Origin: an uncultured Acidobacteriota bacterium
GTDB lineage: Bacteria; Acidobacteriota; Terriglobia; Acidiferrales; UBA7541
Direction of reading: 5' to 3'
Assembly (NCBI GenBank): GCA_963781005.1
Contig: CAWADX010000002.1
Location: 852,703 to 916,702 of the forward strand
Length of the DNA: 64,000 bases
The notes below the pieces were generated by a model. The model ran no database searches. It was not told the DNA's origin and saw only the letters and a list, made by a program, of their open reading frames with translations. Made by a program: the position numbers and the translations under genes. Positions 62,556-64,000 of the stretch are shown piece after piece; the stretch's first letter is position 1, and every line of letters begins with the position of its first letter.

Positions 62556-64000
62556 ATGGAGCGGACATTTCGGATTGTCATCTATTCAGGTGCGTCTCCG
62601 AACACGCTCCGCCATTTTCTCTGGCGCTTGGACGCCGACCTGCCGGAAGTGCGGGTCAGTGGTGTTTTGTACTGCGTGCGGAAGCCTCAATTGTCGATGT
62701 CCAGAAGAACGCAAAGGTTCTTCCGACTTCTTCCCGACCGACAATTTCGAGCCCTTGTTTACCATAGACTTCGGACTCAGGCCCGCAGCAGGCTTGCCAG
62801 TATTTTCGATTCGTTATTGCAGACCGTTCATTGCTGCCCACAAGATCCCAACGGGCCCATTTTGACGCTGGAAGCCCTGGCGCGGGATTGCGAGTCGCGT
62901 GGCACAAAGTTTTGCAGCACTAGCGAAGCCCACGGGGCACAGAGCCTATCGTTTGTCCGAAGTCTGGACGCAAACCTCGGGGTAATCTACGCGACTGGCA
63001 TTCTGAAACCGGAGCTGTATGCCATTCCTACCAACGGTTCCATCAACATCCACAAACACAAACTCCCAGAGTATAGAGGGAGCGGCCCGCCGGGTCTGTG
63101 GGAGATGCGCGACGACAAGACAACGGTGACTGTAACCGTTCATCGAGTCGTGCGGGCGGTCGACGCAGGCGCCATCCTGGGAGAACGCACATTCTCCATT
63201 GATCCGTTGGACTCGCTTGCCAGCGTTGGTCTGAAGGCCGACGTGTTGGGAATTGACCTGTTGATTGATGTCATCCGAGCGGAGAGCGCCGGCCGCTCAG
63301 TCGAGACGCCACAGACAGAAGGGACGGTGTACAAAGGCTTCAAAGACCACCAGATCTTCGCTATCGAACGCAGCATCCGGGCGAAACGGGGGCGCTACCA
63401 GCCCTCTGGAATGCGACCGATCCCTAGCCTGGTCGCGCGGAGCTTGGCCTATCCTGCACTTTACTTTCGAAATCGGCGGAGGCGGCGGCGAAGACGTTTC
63501 CCGATCATCATTCTCTATCACCATTTGATTGTCGATAAACCGAAGTTCCTTGGCCTCCCGACGGACCAGTTCGCCAGGCACGTGCGTTTCCTCAAGAAGC
63601 ATTACCGAATCGCCTCGCTGCCCGAAGCCCTTGAAATGCTGCGGACAGGTGACGTGCCGCTTCCGACCGTGGTGCTGACTTTTGACGACGGTTATGCGGA
63701 GAATTTCGTGACCCTTCGCGCGGTTGTGGAGGTCGAGGCCGTGCCCGTGACCCTCTTTGTTTGCACGGAACGAGTTTCTCGCCAGGCGGCGTTCGATCAC
63801 GACCTGAAAAGAAGCGAAGCCGGTTTCCTAGCGCTCAGTTGGGACCAGATACGGTACTTCGACCGACATGGTGTGACAATCGGAAGCCATACCCGGAATC
63901 ACCTCGATTGCGGCTCGACAGAGCTGAGCACCCTTGAGTCCGAGATCGTAGGTTCCAGCGACGACTTGCGCCGAGAATTAGGTCATGATGCGGATTTCTT
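62556..64000 (+). CDS. second copy of the formyltransferase-like/deacetylase fusion gene (partial, runs off window)
   Basis: Not in the ORF track because there is no stop in the window. ATG 62556 (MERTFRIVIYSGASPNT...). From ~62569 the DNA is colinear with 59318 onward. The overlapping alternative-frame track ORFs are identical between copies, except for the single Phe/Leu substitution noted in the corresponding finding. Confidence 0.75.
   Translation, partial: MERTFRIVIYSGASPNTLRHFLWRLDADLPEVRVSGVLYCVRKPQLSMSRRTQRFFRLLPDRQFRALVYHRLRTQARSRLASIFDSLLQTVHCCPQDPNGPILTLEALARDCESRGTKFCSTSEAHGAQSLSFVRSLDANLGVIYATGILKPELYAIPTNGSINIHKHKLPEYRGSGPPGLWEMRDDKTTVTVTVHRVVRAVDAGAILGERTFSIDPLDSLASVGLKADVLGIDLLIDVIRAESAGRSVETPQTEGTVYKGFKDHQIFAIERSIRAKRGRYQPSGMRPIPSLVARSLAYPALYFRNRRRRRRRRFPIIILYHHLIVDKPKFLGLPTDQFARHVRFLKKHYRIASLPEALEMLRTGDVPLPTVVLTFDDGYAENFVTLRAVVEVEAVPVTLFVCTERVSRQAAFDHDLKRSEAGFLALSWDQIRYFDRHGVTIGSHTRNHLDCGSTELSTLESEIVGSSDDLRRELGHDADF

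Overview
High-GC bacterial chromosomal segment, roughly 58-60% by eye with a few visibly AT-richer patches. The gene content is most consistent with Acidobacteriota: SusD-less TonB-dependent receptors with carboxypeptidase-regulatory-like N-termini, a CadC/TPR-type regulator and a large surface-polysaccharide locus. This taxonomic call is inference only. All calls come from reading the ORF track and the sequence by eye and from recalled family motifs; no searches were run. Start codons are often uncertain, because many track ORFs carry spurious N-terminal extensions that I trimmed.

Four blocks:
1. 1-19.5 kb is a sugar/glycan utilisation locus. It holds PMI-like, ROK kinase, RhaT-like symporter, two SDRs, an enolase-superfamily dehydratase, an SMP-30 lactonase, a FAH hydrolase, a FadR-type regulator, a TonB receptor and two secreted GH38-like hydrolases.
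2. 19.5-35.3 kb is a mosaic accessory segment bracketed by a diverged repeat of the GH38 3' end. It contains an esterase, an FkbM methyltransferase, and a B12-radical SAM gene flanked by two copies of a small bicistronic cassette (an unannotated conserved small ORF plus a DUF1328/YtjA-like gene). It also contains a Cys-rich secreted protein with a perfect 39-bp tandem repeat upstream, an MFS transporter, a second TonB receptor operon and a CadC/TPR regulator.
3. 35.3-46.4 kb is a degenerate phage-like block with no integrase or structural genes visible. It has a P-loop replication-like protein, an annealing-protein-like gene, a Cas4/RecB-like nuclease and an HNH endonuclease. Cargo-like genes include a D-glucuronyl C5-epimerase-like protein. 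There are several gene remnants and duplicated regulatory modules.
4. 46.5-64 kb is a surface-polysaccharide locus. It holds a giant lipoprotein with eight Ig-like tandem repeats and a beta-helix-like C-terminal domain, plus glycosyltransferases, deacetylases, ATP-grasp and PHP enzymes and methyltransferases. It also has two recent duplications: an apparently identical stretch of about 0.88 kb, and a near-identical second copy of a formyltransferase-deacetylase fusion gene.

I found no rRNA, tRNA or CRISPR array by eye. The most interesting items are the duplicated small-ORF cassette around the radical SAM gene, the noncoding ~190-bp repeat preceding two unrelated genes, the palindromic operators in the phage-like block, and the duplicated fusion enzyme.
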